Origin: a virus
Taxonomy: Duplodnaviria > Heunggongvirae > Uroviricota > Caudoviricetes
Virus record (IMG/VR): IMGVR_UViG_3300035158_000899
Strand: one strand, 5' to 3'
DNA: 64,000 bases
Shown here: one piece after another, positions 43,241 through 54,266 of the stretch
Position numbering within the stretch: position 1 is the first letter of the stretch
How the letters are laid out: every line of letters begins with the position of its first letter
Made by a program: the position numbers and the translations under genes
The notes under the pieces: generated by a model
The model's database searches: none
Told to the model about the DNA's origin: nothing
What the model saw: the letters and a program-made list of their open reading frames with translations, nothing else

Positions 43241-43858
43241 GTATGAAGAAAAAAACTAAAAAATCTATAGAAGGCATATTATCTCTTGCAGTAGGTAAAA
43301 AAGCAAGCCTTGATGATTTATCCAAATTATTGGCAGAAGCAACGTGCAAAAAGTCAAGGTATATAAAGCTTGGGGTAATAAACAAAAGACGCGGATTTCA
43401 GGCATACGAAATGGCATTTGATTACGGGTTATTGGATGATAAAACGACTGAAGTTTTTATCAGAAAGAAAGAAAAGAAGCCAGCATGAAAGTATTTGAAT
43501 ACGACGATAAAATCGTTTTTGAAACAGAAGTAACTGAACCAGAGCTATCCCCTCAAAAAAGAGAAGTAAAGGAATATGAAGGGCTTACAGAACGAGAGAA
43601 AATAGCTGATAAAATTAGAAAGGAAATAGGGGAAACAATTAGATCATCATTGGATAGATTTATAGACCAACCGATGTCGCCGCTACTTATATCAAATATA
43701 AAAGCACAGGTCGCAGGTACTCTTAATCAATACCATGCTTTACAACGTATTTATAATTTTGAAGTAGGCGATGTAGATGAAAATGGAAATTTAGAAGTAA
43801 GGATACAACCCTTTTTTAGTGTTTATCCAATTATAGAAACCAATATCAAAATAAATTA

Positions 43859-46024
43859 ATGTTACCGGTTAGCATAAAAGTAAAAGATTTTTTGTCGCAT
43901 AAAGATAGTACGTTAGACTTTAGATTGTTTGATGCAGCGTGCTTGTTAGGTCGCAACGGTGGTGGAAAAAGTACTATGGCCGTTGAAGCAATGAAGTGGG
44001 TTTTGTATAAGAGAGGTCGCTATCAAATTCAAAATAAAATGGTACGCCGCGATGCAAATGAAGCAGTAGTAGAATACGTTTTTCGTATTGATAGCAATAC
44101 TTATCGTACGACAAGAACACAAAATAGAATTAAAGATAAGCAAGACGTCGTGTTAGAAATAGCCAAGAATGGTGGGTGGGATAACATATCTGGATCAACC
44201 ATACCAGAAACAAATCAGAAGATTGTTGAATTGATTGGTTTGGATTATGAAGCATTCACCAATACTGTCGCTTGTGAACAAGACTTAGCCAAAACGTTTT
44301 TTGATAAAACAAATACCGAACGAAAAGAAGTTTTTCAAAGTATTCTACCTTTGAGGGAATGTGAATTGCTTTGTGACGGCGCCAGGGACAAGAGGGATCA
44401 TTATCGTATTAAAGTAGATACCTTGTTAAGCCAATTAGGGAATCTTGAAGATATCAATGCAAACATTTTGCGATTGCAACAAGAAGTTCAACAAATCAAT
44501 AATATTATTGTTCAAGTACAAGAAAGCATTACACAAACGGAATCGGTACTTAAAGATTTAAGAGAAAACCAGAAGCAATACGAATTGGCAATTAATAAAA
44601 GAGAATCGTTAGTAGCAACAAAAAATAAATTAGAATTCCAAATAGAGCAATGCAATGAACAAATTAATGAATCGAAGGAAGCAATAGAAAAACGAAAGCA
44701 AACGCTTATACTTTTACGAGACCAACATATACCATATAAGGAAAAGTATTTGACTTTAGAAGAGCAAACAAAAATTGACATCGATATTTTAAAACAGCAA
44801 TGTGAGACCTTACTTAAAGCAAAAGACACTGAACAAGCGAATAAACGTAAACATGAAGATATATGTAATACACTTAGTGGGCAAATGAAAAATATTGAAA
44901 TGCAAGAAGCTACTATTAAACAATTAAGAGATAAGTGTATTACTTGTGGTAAAACTTGGACTGAAGATGAAAAAAGAGAAGCGCTCAATAATTTTGTCAA
45001 AGAGAGGCAAGAACTATCACGACAAAGGCAAGCAGCTGTTACTAGTATGGCAAGATTTGATAACGTTATTGGTAACATTGATAAAGAGTTACAAGAAGTA
45101 CAAGCGCAAGTTAATGATTATGAAGAGAGAATAAGGGAATTAGAAAGAACAAAGCAAATGCTTATCAAAATTAAAGGTGAGGCAGACGTTGTTAAGAATG
45201 ATATTACTAATGCTGTAAAAAGGTTAGAAGAAAAACAAAATAATTCAATTGCAATAGCTAATGAATTAACAACAGCTACTGCAGAGTTAGATAAATTAGG
45301 TGAAGTCGTTGAAAGGGATTACGCAAAAGATATCAATGATCTAGAATCCGATTTAAGATTACTTCAACAAAAATTAATAGAAGATAATAGCAACAAGGGA
45401 AGGTTAGAAAACGAATTAGCTTCGAATGAACAAAAGAAAAAAGAAACAATAGGGTTACAAAAAGAAATTGATAAGGCAAAACATGAATTAATGCTTTATG
45501 ATATATTAATCACAGGTTTTGGTAAAAATGGGGTTCAATCAGATATAATCAACGAGGCTACACATGATATTAGGTTGTATGCAAATGATTGGTGCAATCG
45601 ATTGTCACACGGGCGTTTTACAATTGATATTAAAACACAAGAGGAAAATAAAACACAAAAAGGAAAGTTTCGCGAAATTTTTGATATTATTGTTAAAGAC
45701 AATGAAGTAAAGAATGGTAACAACGAAATAGAAAGTTGCGGTTTAAGCGGAGGAGAATTATATCAAGTAGCAATGGCTTTGCGTATGGCTTTAAGTACTA
45801 TACTCGCAAATAGGATCGGAACAAAAATAAAATTCCTTTTGATAGACGAGGCCGCAGTTGCATTAGATGATAATGGGGTAGAAGCATTTGCAGATGTAAT
45901 TAATACTTTGAAAGAGCAATTTAAAATATGTGTTGTTAGCCACAGAAAAGATTTACAAGCGTATTTTGAAAATATAATATGGGTGGAAAAAGAGAATGGA
46001 ATTTCGAAACTTATCCAAAATTAA
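43859..46024 (+). CDS. sbcC: SbcC/Rad50-family ATPase (T4 gp46-like)
   Basis: Walker A 'LLGRNGGGKSTM'; long coiled coil with a central CxxC zinc hook ('CITCGK'); ABC signature 'LSGGELYQVAMALRMAL'; Walker B 'FLLIDEAAVALD'. Confidence 0.85.
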   Translation: MLPVSIKVKDFLSHKDSTLDFRLFDAACLLGRNGGGKSTMAVEAMKWVLYKRGRYQIQNKMVRRDANEAVVEYVFRIDSNTYRTTRTQNRIKDKQDVVLEIAKNGGWDNISGSTIPETNQKIVELIGLDYEAFTNTVACEQDLAKTFFDKTNTERKEVFQSILPLRECELLCDGARDKRDHYRIKVDTLLSQLGNLEDINANILRLQQEVQQINNIIVQVQESITQTESVLKDLRENQKQYELAINKRESLVATKNKLEFQIEQCNEQINESKEAIEKRKQTLILLRDQHIPYKEKYLTLEEQTKIDIDILKQQCETLLKAKDTEQANKRKHEDICNTLSGQMKNIEMQEATIKQLRDKCITCGKTWTEDEKREALNNFVKERQELSRQRQAAVTSMARFDNVIGNIDKELQEVQAQVNDYEERIRELERTKQMLIKIKGEADVVKNDITNAVKRLEEKQNNSIAIANELTTATAELDKLGEVVERDYAKDINDLESDLRLLQQKLIEDNSNKGRLENELASNEQKKKETIGLQKEIDKAKHELMLYDILITGFGKNGVQSDIINEATHDIRLYANDWCNRLSHGRFTIDIKTQEENKTQKGKFREIFDIIVKDNEVKNGNNEIESCGLSGGELYQVAMALRMALSTILANRIGTKIKFLLIDEAAVALDDNGVEAFADVINTLKEQFKICVVSHRKDLQAYFENIIWVEKENGISKLIQN

Positions 46025-46941
46025 AGGTGAAGAATTTTCTCCAGGTGAAGCATTAAAACATAGAGCTGCTGTTAAAGCTGTTCATGATTTATTAACTGCT
46101 GGTTGCAGTATATTTCAAAATGAAGGTAAATGTCAAGATTTAAAAAATGTAGACCTTTGGGGCCCTGTGCTTCTTGAGGCGCCAGTTATAAAGAGTGGTA
46201 AGACGCTAGCTGCATTATGTTTGGAAAATGCGAAAGATCGGGTAAACGGAGCTTCTTTACATGAATTGTACGGTATATTCCAGGTAGGTCTTTGTAAAAG
46301 TCTTAGAAAATTTGATTTCGGTTATTGTACCGGAACAGATGATGATAATGATTGTTCACAATATTATAAGTGGGCAATTCATGATAAGATTAGGATACCA
46401 GATATTACAATTTGTGATAAAGAATATAATGCAAGAGTTATTTTGGAATTTGTGAATAAACATGATTTAACGCAAGAAAAGTTACAATTTTATTCACAGA
46501 TACCAACTTTGAAACTACTTTGTAAGTTTGATACTGAAAAAATTCTTAATACAAATCCACTTAGGTGGGGAAAGATTATTGTACATAGAATGACATGGTA
46601 CAATGGATTTGTTTGGCATGGTGAACGTAGTAATGATTAGAAAGGAGAGATGTAATGATTCGATGCAGTCAATGCAATAAGAATTTAGTGTCAGAGCTAA
46701 AGTGGGATCAATGGATAAAGATGATAAATTTTATAGAATGTCTCAGATTAGAAGGGCACATAGAAGAAGCAACAGCGAATGAAATGTATAACATTATGAT
46801 GTTTTTTAAGAGATTCGCAAATGATGATGTAGATGAGAAAATTATTCAAGTACTGCAGGAATGCGACAAACATGTTAATACTAACCAATTACATAAGAAG
46901 ATCAAAGAAACAATAAAAATATTAGAGGGTTAGGGGGTCTG

Positions 46942-47367
46942 ATGCAATGGCAAAGAGATGATAATTTAAAAAGCATTATTGAAGCTTTAAAAAAAGCATA
47001 TCCAGAATTTAATTATGTTGAATCTGATAAAATAGGTTGTTGTTTCTTTTCAAAGAAACAATCAAAAGCTGCAGCTAAAATAGCAAGGGTTTCCTCCATG
47101 CATTCTCTTTTTATGAATGAAATTTATGTTCTTTGTGTGCATAAAGAATATTGGGATGACGCCAGTGAAAGTTCAAGACTTTATACCATATTGCACGAAT
47201 TAATGCATATACCCAATGAAGGATTTAATCCAGAATCCAAGAGTTACAGGAAGTTGCGTGATCATGATGTTCAAGATTTTCGACATTTATTGAAAACGTA
47301 CGGTATTGATCAAGAAAATGCAAATGAAATAGTTGCAAAGGTGCAAGCCGTAAGAGAAGCAGCGTAG
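46942..47367 (+). CDS. Putative zinc metallopeptidase (HExxH, SprT-like)
   Basis: 'ILHELMHIPNEG...KLRDHD' gives an HExxH motif plus a third His/Asp ligand. Confidence 0.3.
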   Translation: MQWQRDDNLKSIIEALKKAYPEFNYVESDKIGCCFFSKKQSKAAAKIARVSSMHSLFMNEIYVLCVHKEYWDDASESSRLYTILHELMHIPNEGFNPESKSYRKLRDHDVQDFRHLLKTYGIDQENANEIVAKVQAVREAA

Positions 47368-47624
47368 ATGGAAAGCAACGTAGCAATTACTTTGTTTTTT
47401 AAAGGTTTAGTAATTCTTGGGATAGCCATAGTTGTTTTAGGCGTTATAGGTTATGTTTTACTGGGGAGGCATTTAAAATCACTTGAGAGGGATCGACAAA
47501 AAGATCAAGATCAATATGAAGAACAACGAGAAAAACAAAAGAAAGAACAAAGAAAAGAATGGGTGCAAGGTCAGTCCTGGGAAAGAAAAAGAGATAATAA
47601 CGGTAGATTTACAAGGAGTTAACA

Positions 47625-47914
47625 TGAAATGTTTTGTTTTATTACTGGTGTTTGCCGCAATAGTATTTGCGCAACCAGATATTAGTGTAGAGTCAGACCA
47701 TGATGTACTTATTCGTATTGATGAAAGAGTTCAAGCATTAAACAAAGCAATAGAGGAGTGCAATGCACGTTATGAAAAGATGCATGACAGAATTGATCGT
47801 CTTGAGGATACAACAAGTGAAGATAGTCATGATTTAATTCAATATTTATTATTAGTAATGATTGGTGGAGGCGGCGGGTATGCAGTACTTAGAAACGGTA
47901 AAAAGAAAAGCTAG
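47625..47914 (+). CDS. Small secreted protein (signal peptide MKCFVLLLVFAAIVFA)
   Basis: Met at 47625 is preceded by an SD (aaggag) and followed by a canonical signal peptide. The long ORF from 47483 is probably an over-extension. Confidence 0.45.
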
Positions 47915-48466
47915 GAGATATTTATGAGGAGTGCATATTTGAACAAAAAGGTTTATGGAAAAGAATTGATAATAGATTTACATGATTGTGATCCATCTAC
48001 TTTCAATAGGAAAAGCATTAAGGAGTATTTTGATAAGCTTTGTAAAAAAATAAAAATGAAACAGGAGAAATTAGTTTGGTGGGATGATTATAGAGTTCCA
48101 ATTGAAGAAAGACAAACTAAACCACATCTTAAAGGAACATCGGCTGTACAATTTATAAAAACAAGTAATATTACAATTCATACCTTAGATATTCTTAAAA
48201 AGGCCTACATTAATATTTTTTCCTGTAAAAATTTTAATGAGGATGTTGCTCGTTATTTTACCGAAGATTGGTTTAGAGGAAAAGTTGAAAAATGGAATGT
48301 ATTGGAAAGGGTATAGATGACTAGGCTTAGAATTCAAGAACATATTTATTGTGATAGGATTTGGACAGTTTTTGAGCGCAATTGGTCTTCGTATTTAGAT
48401 CATATAGTTGCAATACTTCTTATTTGTATGTTATTATTAACTTCAAATAAGAAGGAGACTGAAATG

Positions 48467-49465
48467 AATGTAGTTTTTATTGTTCCTACGGGTATAGGAG
48501 CTGAAGTAGGAGGTCATAATGGAGATGCTACACCGGCTGCTAAATTGGTAGCATCACTTTGTGATAATTTTATTACACATCCTAATGTTGTTAATGCTTC
48601 GGATATAAATGAAATGCCTGATAATACATTATATGTTGAAGGCAACATGCTTGATAGGTTTTTGTGTGGTAAGATTGGCTTGAAGAAAGTGAAGTTTAAT
48701 AAGGTCCTTGTGGCTACAAATTCACCTGTTAAACCTGAGATAATAAATTCTGTATCGGCTGCTCGAGCATCTATGGGAATGGATATAGAGATAGTTGCCC
48801 TTGATCCTCCTCTTATTTTAACTGGAAAAATAGAGAATAATCGCGCCGTAGGAAAAGTAGTAGGATGGGAAGGACTTATAAAACAGGTTAGAAAATGTAA
48901 ACCATTTGATGCCTTAGCAATATCATCACCCGTTTTTGTAGACAAAGAAACAAAGATGAATTATTGGAAGAGTGGCGGTGTTAATCCTTTTGGTAGAGCA
49001 GAAGCTCTTGTTTCTAAGCTGGTAGGTGATGCATTAAATGTACCTGTTGCACATGCGCCTTGTGAGTATGTTACAAAAGAGAGTGATCCTGAGGTGTTTT
49101 TCTTTAACCAAGTAGTAGATCCTCGTATGGCTGCTGAACTTGTATCAGTGTCGTATTTGCATTGTGTTTTAAAGGGTTTACATAAGGCTCCACGACCGGT
49201 TGAAGAAGGCGGTTTACGAGTTAGCGATGTAAATTACCTTGTAAGTCCAGTTGGTTGTGTTGGAGAGCCACATCATGCTTGTATGCGGAGAAATATCCCA
49301 ATAATTATGGTTAAAGAAAACAAGACTTGTGAAAATAAGGCTACCCCAGAAGGGGTTACTATTGTTGAAAATTATTTAGAAGCCGCTGGTATGATAGCTT
49401 GTAAAAACGCAGGAGTATATTGGAAAACGGTTAGAAGACCTTTAATAAATACCGTGGTAAGTTGA
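48467..49465 (+). CDS. Conserved hypothetical protein (Gly-rich VPTGIGAEVGGHNGDA N-terminus)
   Basis: Start chosen at the Met preceded by the SD 'aaggagactgaaATG'. The ORF is open from 48317. No assignable catalytic motif. Confidence 0.4.
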   Translation, partial: NVVFIVPTGIGAEVGGHNGDATPAAKLVASLCDNFITHPNVVNASDINEMPDNTLYVEGNMLDRFLCGKIGLKKVKFNKVLVATNSPVKPEIINSVSAARASMGMDIEIVALDPPLILTGKIENNRAVGKVVGWEGLIKQVRKCKPFDALAISSPVFVDKETKMNYWKSGGVNPFGRAEALVSKLVGDALNVPVAHAPCEYVTKESDPEVFFFNQVVDPRMAAELVSVSYLHCVLKGLHKAPRPVEEGGLRVSDVNYLVSPVGCVGEPHHACMRRNIPIIMVKENKTCENKATPEGVTIVENYLEAAGMIACKNAGVYWKTVRRPLINTVVS

Positions 49466-49945
49466 GAATATCTATTAATATTTTCATATAATTAATACAT
49501 ATAAACGGAGTTTATTGATGGGCGTGGTTAGAGAAGTTAATGTAACAACACCCGAAGAAAGAAATTTAATAGAAGCGCCAGCTTCGCAAGAAGATGAACG
49601 TGGTTACCGTTATCCGCCCGTACCAGGGGAAAAACCCGTTCTTAATCCTGATGCACCTGTTATTACGCTGCATCCAGATGTATATGATTTGAGTGATGTC
49701 CTGCTACATAACTTATGGGGCAGTGAGCTAGATGTACTTTCAGGAGTTAATGTTGGTGGGTTAACAAGACATCATGTCAATTATACAGATAAAACAGTAA
49801 CTGCTTATTACTTTGATCATTTAACATTGCAATGGATTAAAACTTCAGCTTCGTGGGCAGATAAGGAAGAACCACTCCGTGAGCCTGCTGTAGTAAAGCG
49901 CCCATATGTGTTTGATTGGAATTGGGGGAGGCGCCGTAGCTTGTA

Positions 49946-50671
49946 ATGTTATATTTGTCTGCTTCTAGAATAAATACTTTTCTCCAGTGCCCACAAAAAT
50001 ATAAGTTTATTTATATCGAAAGACGGCCAACAAAAGCGTGGGCACATTTTGCAGCAGGTAATTTAGCTCATAAGGCTTTAGAAATATTTCATGATGAGAT
50101 TAAAAAAGGTTCGATAGAAGGTTTTCAAGTATTAATGAAAAAGGGTTTTATTGAGGCGCGTAAATCGCATGAAGCTAATGCAGGAGAAGAAAACGTAGCA
50201 AAAATAAAACAAATTTTACAGAATTACATCCACTGGTATGCAGGATTAGAAGAAAAACCAAAGGTGCTAGCATTAGAAAAATCATTTAATTTTAGAATAG
50301 GCAGGTATGGTTGTCGTGGTTTTATCGACAGAATAGATGAAATAGATGCGAACAGTATTAAAATCTCAGATTATAAAACAACTTCAGATGAAAAGTACCT
50401 TAAAGATCCTTTGCAATTGGGTATATATCATTTAGCAATGGCCAATAATGATTTTAGGGGTAAGAAAATTATTACCGCATATATATTGTTGAAGCACAAT
50501 TTTAAAGAAATCACGCATGAATTTTCTGAAAAAGAAGTCTTAGAATTTCAAAAAAGGATTATTGAAATTGGGGATGCGATAGAAAAAGAGGTAGAATTCA
50601 AAGCTAAGCCTGGTCCCTTGTGTCAAAAATGGTGCGAGTTCAGGCCGATTTGTTCAGCAATGAAATGGTAA
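49946..50671 (+). CDS. PD-(D/E)xK nuclease of the RecB/Cas4 type with C-terminal Cys cluster
   Basis: 'SASRINTFLQCPQKYKF', 'GFIDRIDE...IKISDYKT' (D...D/ExK), 'Y' motif, and C-terminal 'CQKWCEFRPIC' typical of Cas4-like Fe-S nucleases. Confidence 0.65.
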   Translation: MLYLSASRINTFLQCPQKYKFIYIERRPTKAWAHFAAGNLAHKALEIFHDEIKKGSIEGFQVLMKKGFIEARKSHEANAGEENVAKIKQILQNYIHWYAGLEEKPKVLALEKSFNFRIGRYGCRGFIDRIDEIDANSIKISDYKTTSDEKYLKDPLQLGIYHLAMANNDFRGKKIITAYILLKHNFKEITHEFSEKEVLEFQKRIIEIGDAIEKEVEFKAKPGPLCQKWCEFRPICSAMKW

Positions 50672-50758
50672 AATCATTTTTTCTTTGGAGGAAGAGGAGA
50701 AAAGTATCTATATTTAAACAATCATAATAAATATCGTAATAAGAACTGAAGGAGAATC

Positions 50759-51850
50759 ATGTATCAAGAAAAACATATGGAAGGTTTTTATTTTTTGGAA
50801 GATATCAGTCAAGGAAAAAGATATGCTAAAGTAAGACAAACGCTTGAGATTGATGATAAGATGCAATGTGAATCTGATATAATCAGAGATGTCGAAGTTA
50901 TAAATGGAGCAGAAGTTACAACCGATACAGCCATAGAAAAAATTGTCCTTAAAGACACAGGTAAAACAATTTCAGCCAAAAAAAGAAGTAGACAAGTTGG
51001 AATCAAAATTACTTCGAATATTAACGGCGATTTAGTTTTTGTAAATTCGTGGACGGGTCGAGGAATTGATAAGGTGATGAAGGCATTGGAGAAAGTTATT
51101 AAGTATCGGGCAGGCAAGGTATATAATATCACCATTTATGGAGATGAAAGACAAGACGTGGAACAACAATTGAGACTTTACGCAATAGATTGTGTTAAAA
51201 GATATGATCCCACTAAAGGTACTGCAATGTTAACATTTCTTACTGGTCATGTTATCAAGCAAGAGTATTCATTAATAAAGCAAGCTTTTTCCGAAAAACG
51301 TGCACCAACAATACACAATGTGATACAAAAAAGAATTTACAAGTGCCCTGAATGTTCTGAAGAGGTTGTTGTAGAATGTGATTATCAAAGTAAGGAAAGA
51401 AAAAGGATACCAGAAAGATTAGCGTGCAGTACTTGTGGCACAGGTTTTGACACTCCAAAAATACCAATTAGAAAAGTTGGGGTCTTTTTAAATCAAAAAC
51501 CAGTTTCTTTAGACAAAATAATAAGTGGGTTTGAGAACGAAGGGATGAGGACAGTCAGTGAAACAGTCGTAGGCGATGATGGTAGTTGGGCTGATGATAT
51601 TTTGTTTGATTGGGATATTAAAATGGCAGCGAAGAAATTGAGAGAAAAGGGTAAAGCAACAGAGGCGATGGTTTTAGAAATGATAAATGAAGGCTTATCA
51701 AAGGATGACATTAGAAGAAGACTAGGTAAAATGAAATATGGTGGCGATGAAAATAAGTATTCAACTACTGGTGTCGAAAACGCCTTTAAGAGATTGCGCA
51801 GGAATCCTTTGATTAATGCGATCTTTGATAAGGAGTTAGCAAATGGATAG
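50759..51850 (+). CDS. Hypothetical protein with sigma-70 region-2-like segment and zinc ribbon (possible phage sigma/transcription factor)
   Basis: 'RLYAIDCVKRYDPTKGTAMLTFLTGHVIKQEYSLI' resembles sigma region 2.1-2.2 (kFDp.kG..fsTYa.wwIrq). 'CPECSEE...CSTCG' zinc ribbon follows. Confidence 0.3.
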   Translation: MYQEKHMEGFYFLEDISQGKRYAKVRQTLEIDDKMQCESDIIRDVEVINGAEVTTDTAIEKIVLKDTGKTISAKKRSRQVGIKITSNINGDLVFVNSWTGRGIDKVMKALEKVIKYRAGKVYNITIYGDERQDVEQQLRLYAIDCVKRYDPTKGTAMLTFLTGHVIKQEYSLIKQAFSEKRAPTIHNVIQKRIYKCPECSEEVVVECDYQSKERKRIPERLACSTCGTGFDTPKIPIRKVGVFLNQKPVSLDKIISGFENEGMRTVSETVVGDDGSWADDILFDWDIKMAAKKLREKGKATEAMVLEMINEGLSKDDIRRRLGKMKYGGDENKYSTTGVENAFKRLRRNPLINAIFDKELANG

Positions 51851-54266
51851 TAATGAATTATTGTTGAATTATCAAAAGCGTTTAGAAGATTCTAGATATC
51901 GCACTAAGTTTTTTAAGGATTTAGCAGGCGATGATGAAACATCTTATTTTAAAACGCTTTTGGCTACAGAGCAAAATATAGGTGAACAATTAGTAAAGCG
52001 TGCTGATAGGTTGCAACGCTTAATAAAATTAGGTCAAGTACCCGAAGAAGAGCCTGGAGAAAAGCCCGAAGAAGAGTTAGGGGTTGAGGATGAAGAAGTA
52101 GAAGTAGAACAAATTGAAGAAGAGATAGTAGAAGAACCAGAAAAAAAAGAAATAACTGATGAGGAAATTATAGATTTTAATACAGGCGATAATGCTAAGG
52201 ATTGGCAAGACTATAAAAATTATGTTCAGAATGTGTTGAAAGTAGATTTGCGAAGTAAAACAGTAGCCCCTGATAGTCCTTATGCTCCAGCAATTAATTT
52301 AACAGGTTACACTGATAGTGAAGGTAAACGTCATCCTGGCTTGGTAGAACGTTTTGGTTTTGGTAGGGTTATGGAACCAATCATAATTAAGTACTCACCT
52401 TTAATTGGTGGAGTAGCAGGAAGAGCCATGGATGAAAGATATACATTGCAATTTCCAGGAACAAGCCCTGTAGAACGACAAGCCGAAATGTTTCAAATAC
52501 TTGCTACACGCATGCTAGAAAAGATGAAAACTTACGATCCCAAAAAAGGTACCGTGGGTGGCAGAATGTCAAAGAAAGTAGTAGAGCAAGAATTTTGGAA
52601 TGCTACGAGATTAAGAGAAAAAGCTACTAATTTATATAAAGATCTCGTGTGCCCTTTTTGCAGACAACCTAATACAGCTATAGGAGAAGAAACGAAGTTA
52701 CCAGAAGAATATATATTAGACAATCCTGATCATAACGTTTGGCCTCCTTTTAAGGGTAGTAAAGAGCCTGAAGAAAACAAACAGAAGTGGCTTGAGGTGC
52801 TTAAAGAAGAAGGTGAAATTGAAATGTTTTTGTGTCCAGTATGTGGAAATTTCTTTAGGGATGGAGATCAAGTCACAAAAACAACCGCTGTTGCCCCTGT
52901 TTCTTTAGAAGCACCAATACCAGGGCAAGAAGCAGAAGAAGCAGTTTTCGAAGAAGTAATAGAAGATCCGAAGACAAGAACACCAGGAGAAGCAAGTGAA
53001 GAATTGAAAAGACTTGTTTCTCGTACTGCTACTGAAAGGATTGCAAAAGATGTAAAAAGGATGTTGCTTTATAGAGCCGATGGTTGTAGATTCGATGAAA
53101 AAGAAAGCAAGCTCCGTGAGTTAAAAGGCAGATTGGGAAAAGCTGAGAAATACAACAAGGGTAGTGATTTTTATAAGGTTTTAAAAGGTTATAATATAAA
53201 TGAAGAATTAATTAACGAATTTCAATCTGGTTTAGTAGATGGTATAGCAGATGAAATGGCAGCACAACAGAGTGAGGAAGCGCTACAAGAAATAAGAAGT
53301 AGGAATGAAAAGTTTGTCAGTGATATGGTAAGTAGGATATTTGCGGAAGAAACAGATGCACAATTAACTCAAGATAAACTTGATAAAATTAAATTAGCTG
53401 CAAAAGCTTACATGGAAGGGTTTAAAGAGTTTCGTGAATTAATGAGAAGTAAGGGTAGATGTGCTAAAAACATCAATTGGCTTTACCGTAATCCTTGTTT
53501 TGGGTTATATAAAGATGAAGAAGGTAAGAGCAAAATATGCGAAGGCTATGAAGCAGTAGAATTTAGTAGTGCAGAAAGAATGAGAGCAAGAAAATATTTG
53601 CTAACAGCACAAGCTTTTATTATGGTTTCGGCAGCGGTTATAGAAAAGAAGAAAAGAGGTAAGCATTATAGAGATATAAAGAAATTAGCGAATGAAGCTA
53701 TTGCACAGCAAAATAAAGAACTTGAAGCAAGGAATATGGAACGTAGAAAATTAGGTAAAGAACCAATACCACTTATTGAACCTTGGACTGGCGGGTATGA
53801 TGTTGTAAGTGTACAGGGTGTTAAGAATGCTTTAGTGAAAACAATTATACCTCTCTTTAAGATGAAACCTGTGGAACAAATTGAAGGCATAACAGGTATG
53901 ACTTACGATGAAGCATTAACTATGTATTTAGAAGAACTTGAGGATTTAGCAACAGATAGAGGCACTGATATAAAAGAATTGGACTGGCAAGCATTTAAAG
54001 GTAACCCGGGAGCAATTAGAAAACATGTAGAGTTTTTTGGCAAGGAACAATCAAGTGAACGTTTGGGAAGAATGAGAGAGTTAGCCATATTAGCAAGAGA
54101 AGGTGACGAAGAAGCTATTCATACTCTTAGAAGATTGTTTGGGGATAATGAAAAAGTAAAAGAAATAATGAAACAAGAAACAGAAAGGGAGGGTGCGTGT
54201 CAGACATTTCTTACGAAATCCAGTCAGCGCCAACGGAGATCAAGATTGTTGAAGGTGCGAATGTAA
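51843..54266 (+). CDS. Large hypothetical protein (807 aa) with acidic N-terminal tract, a paralogous 'YDPKKGT' sigma-region-2-like segment and zinc ribbon
   Basis: 'ILATRMLEKMKTYDPKKGTVGGRMSKKVVEQEF' followed by 'CPFCRQ'/'CPVCGN' parallels the upstream ORF. EEPGEKPEEELGVEDEEVEVEQIEEEIVEEPE low-complexity region. Confidence 0.3.
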   Translation: MDSNELLLNYQKRLEDSRYRTKFFKDLAGDDETSYFKTLLATEQNIGEQLVKRADRLQRLIKLGQVPEEEPGEKPEEELGVEDEEVEVEQIEEEIVEEPEKKEITDEEIIDFNTGDNAKDWQDYKNYVQNVLKVDLRSKTVAPDSPYAPAINLTGYTDSEGKRHPGLVERFGFGRVMEPIIIKYSPLIGGVAGRAMDERYTLQFPGTSPVERQAEMFQILATRMLEKMKTYDPKKGTVGGRMSKKVVEQEFWNATRLREKATNLYKDLVCPFCRQPNTAIGEETKLPEEYILDNPDHNVWPPFKGSKEPEENKQKWLEVLKEEGEIEMFLCPVCGNFFRDGDQVTKTTAVAPVSLEAPIPGQEAEEAVFEEVIEDPKTRTPGEASEELKRLVSRTATERIAKDVKRMLLYRADGCRFDEKESKLRELKGRLGKAEKYNKGSDFYKVLKGYNINEELINEFQSGLVDGIADEMAAQQSEEALQEIRSRNEKFVSDMVSRIFAEETDAQLTQDKLDKIKLAAKAYMEGFKEFRELMRSKGRCAKNINWLYRNPCFGLYKDEEGKSKICEGYEAVEFSSAERMRARKYLLTAQAFIMVSAAVIEKKKRGKHYRDIKKLANEAIAQQNKELEARNMERRKLGKEPIPLIEPWTGGYDVVSVQGVKNALVKTIIPLFKMKPVEQIEGITGMTYDEALTMYLEELEDLATDRGTDIKELDWQAFKGNPGAIRKHVEFFGKEQSSERLGRMRELAILAREGDEEAIHTLRRLFGDNEKVKEIMKQETEREGACQTFLTKSSQRQRRSRLLKVRM

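Noticed and set aside
41646-45078. Minus-strand ORFs 41646-42206, 41990-42274, 44512-45078 and others
   Set aside because: Embedded in sbcD and sbcC, which are high-confidence + strand genes; no RBS; Ser/Cys/Phe-rich spurious translations.
47483-47624. N-terminal 47 codons of the ORF called at 47483
   Set aside because: It overlaps the previous gene in another frame and has no RBS. The Met at 47625 has an SD and starts a textbook signal peptide, so the gene was annotated from 47625.
50640-50760. Possible terminator (aaatg-gtaaaat-cattttttc) after the Cas4-like gene
   Set aside because: Stem of only 5 AT-rich base pairs; too weak to call.
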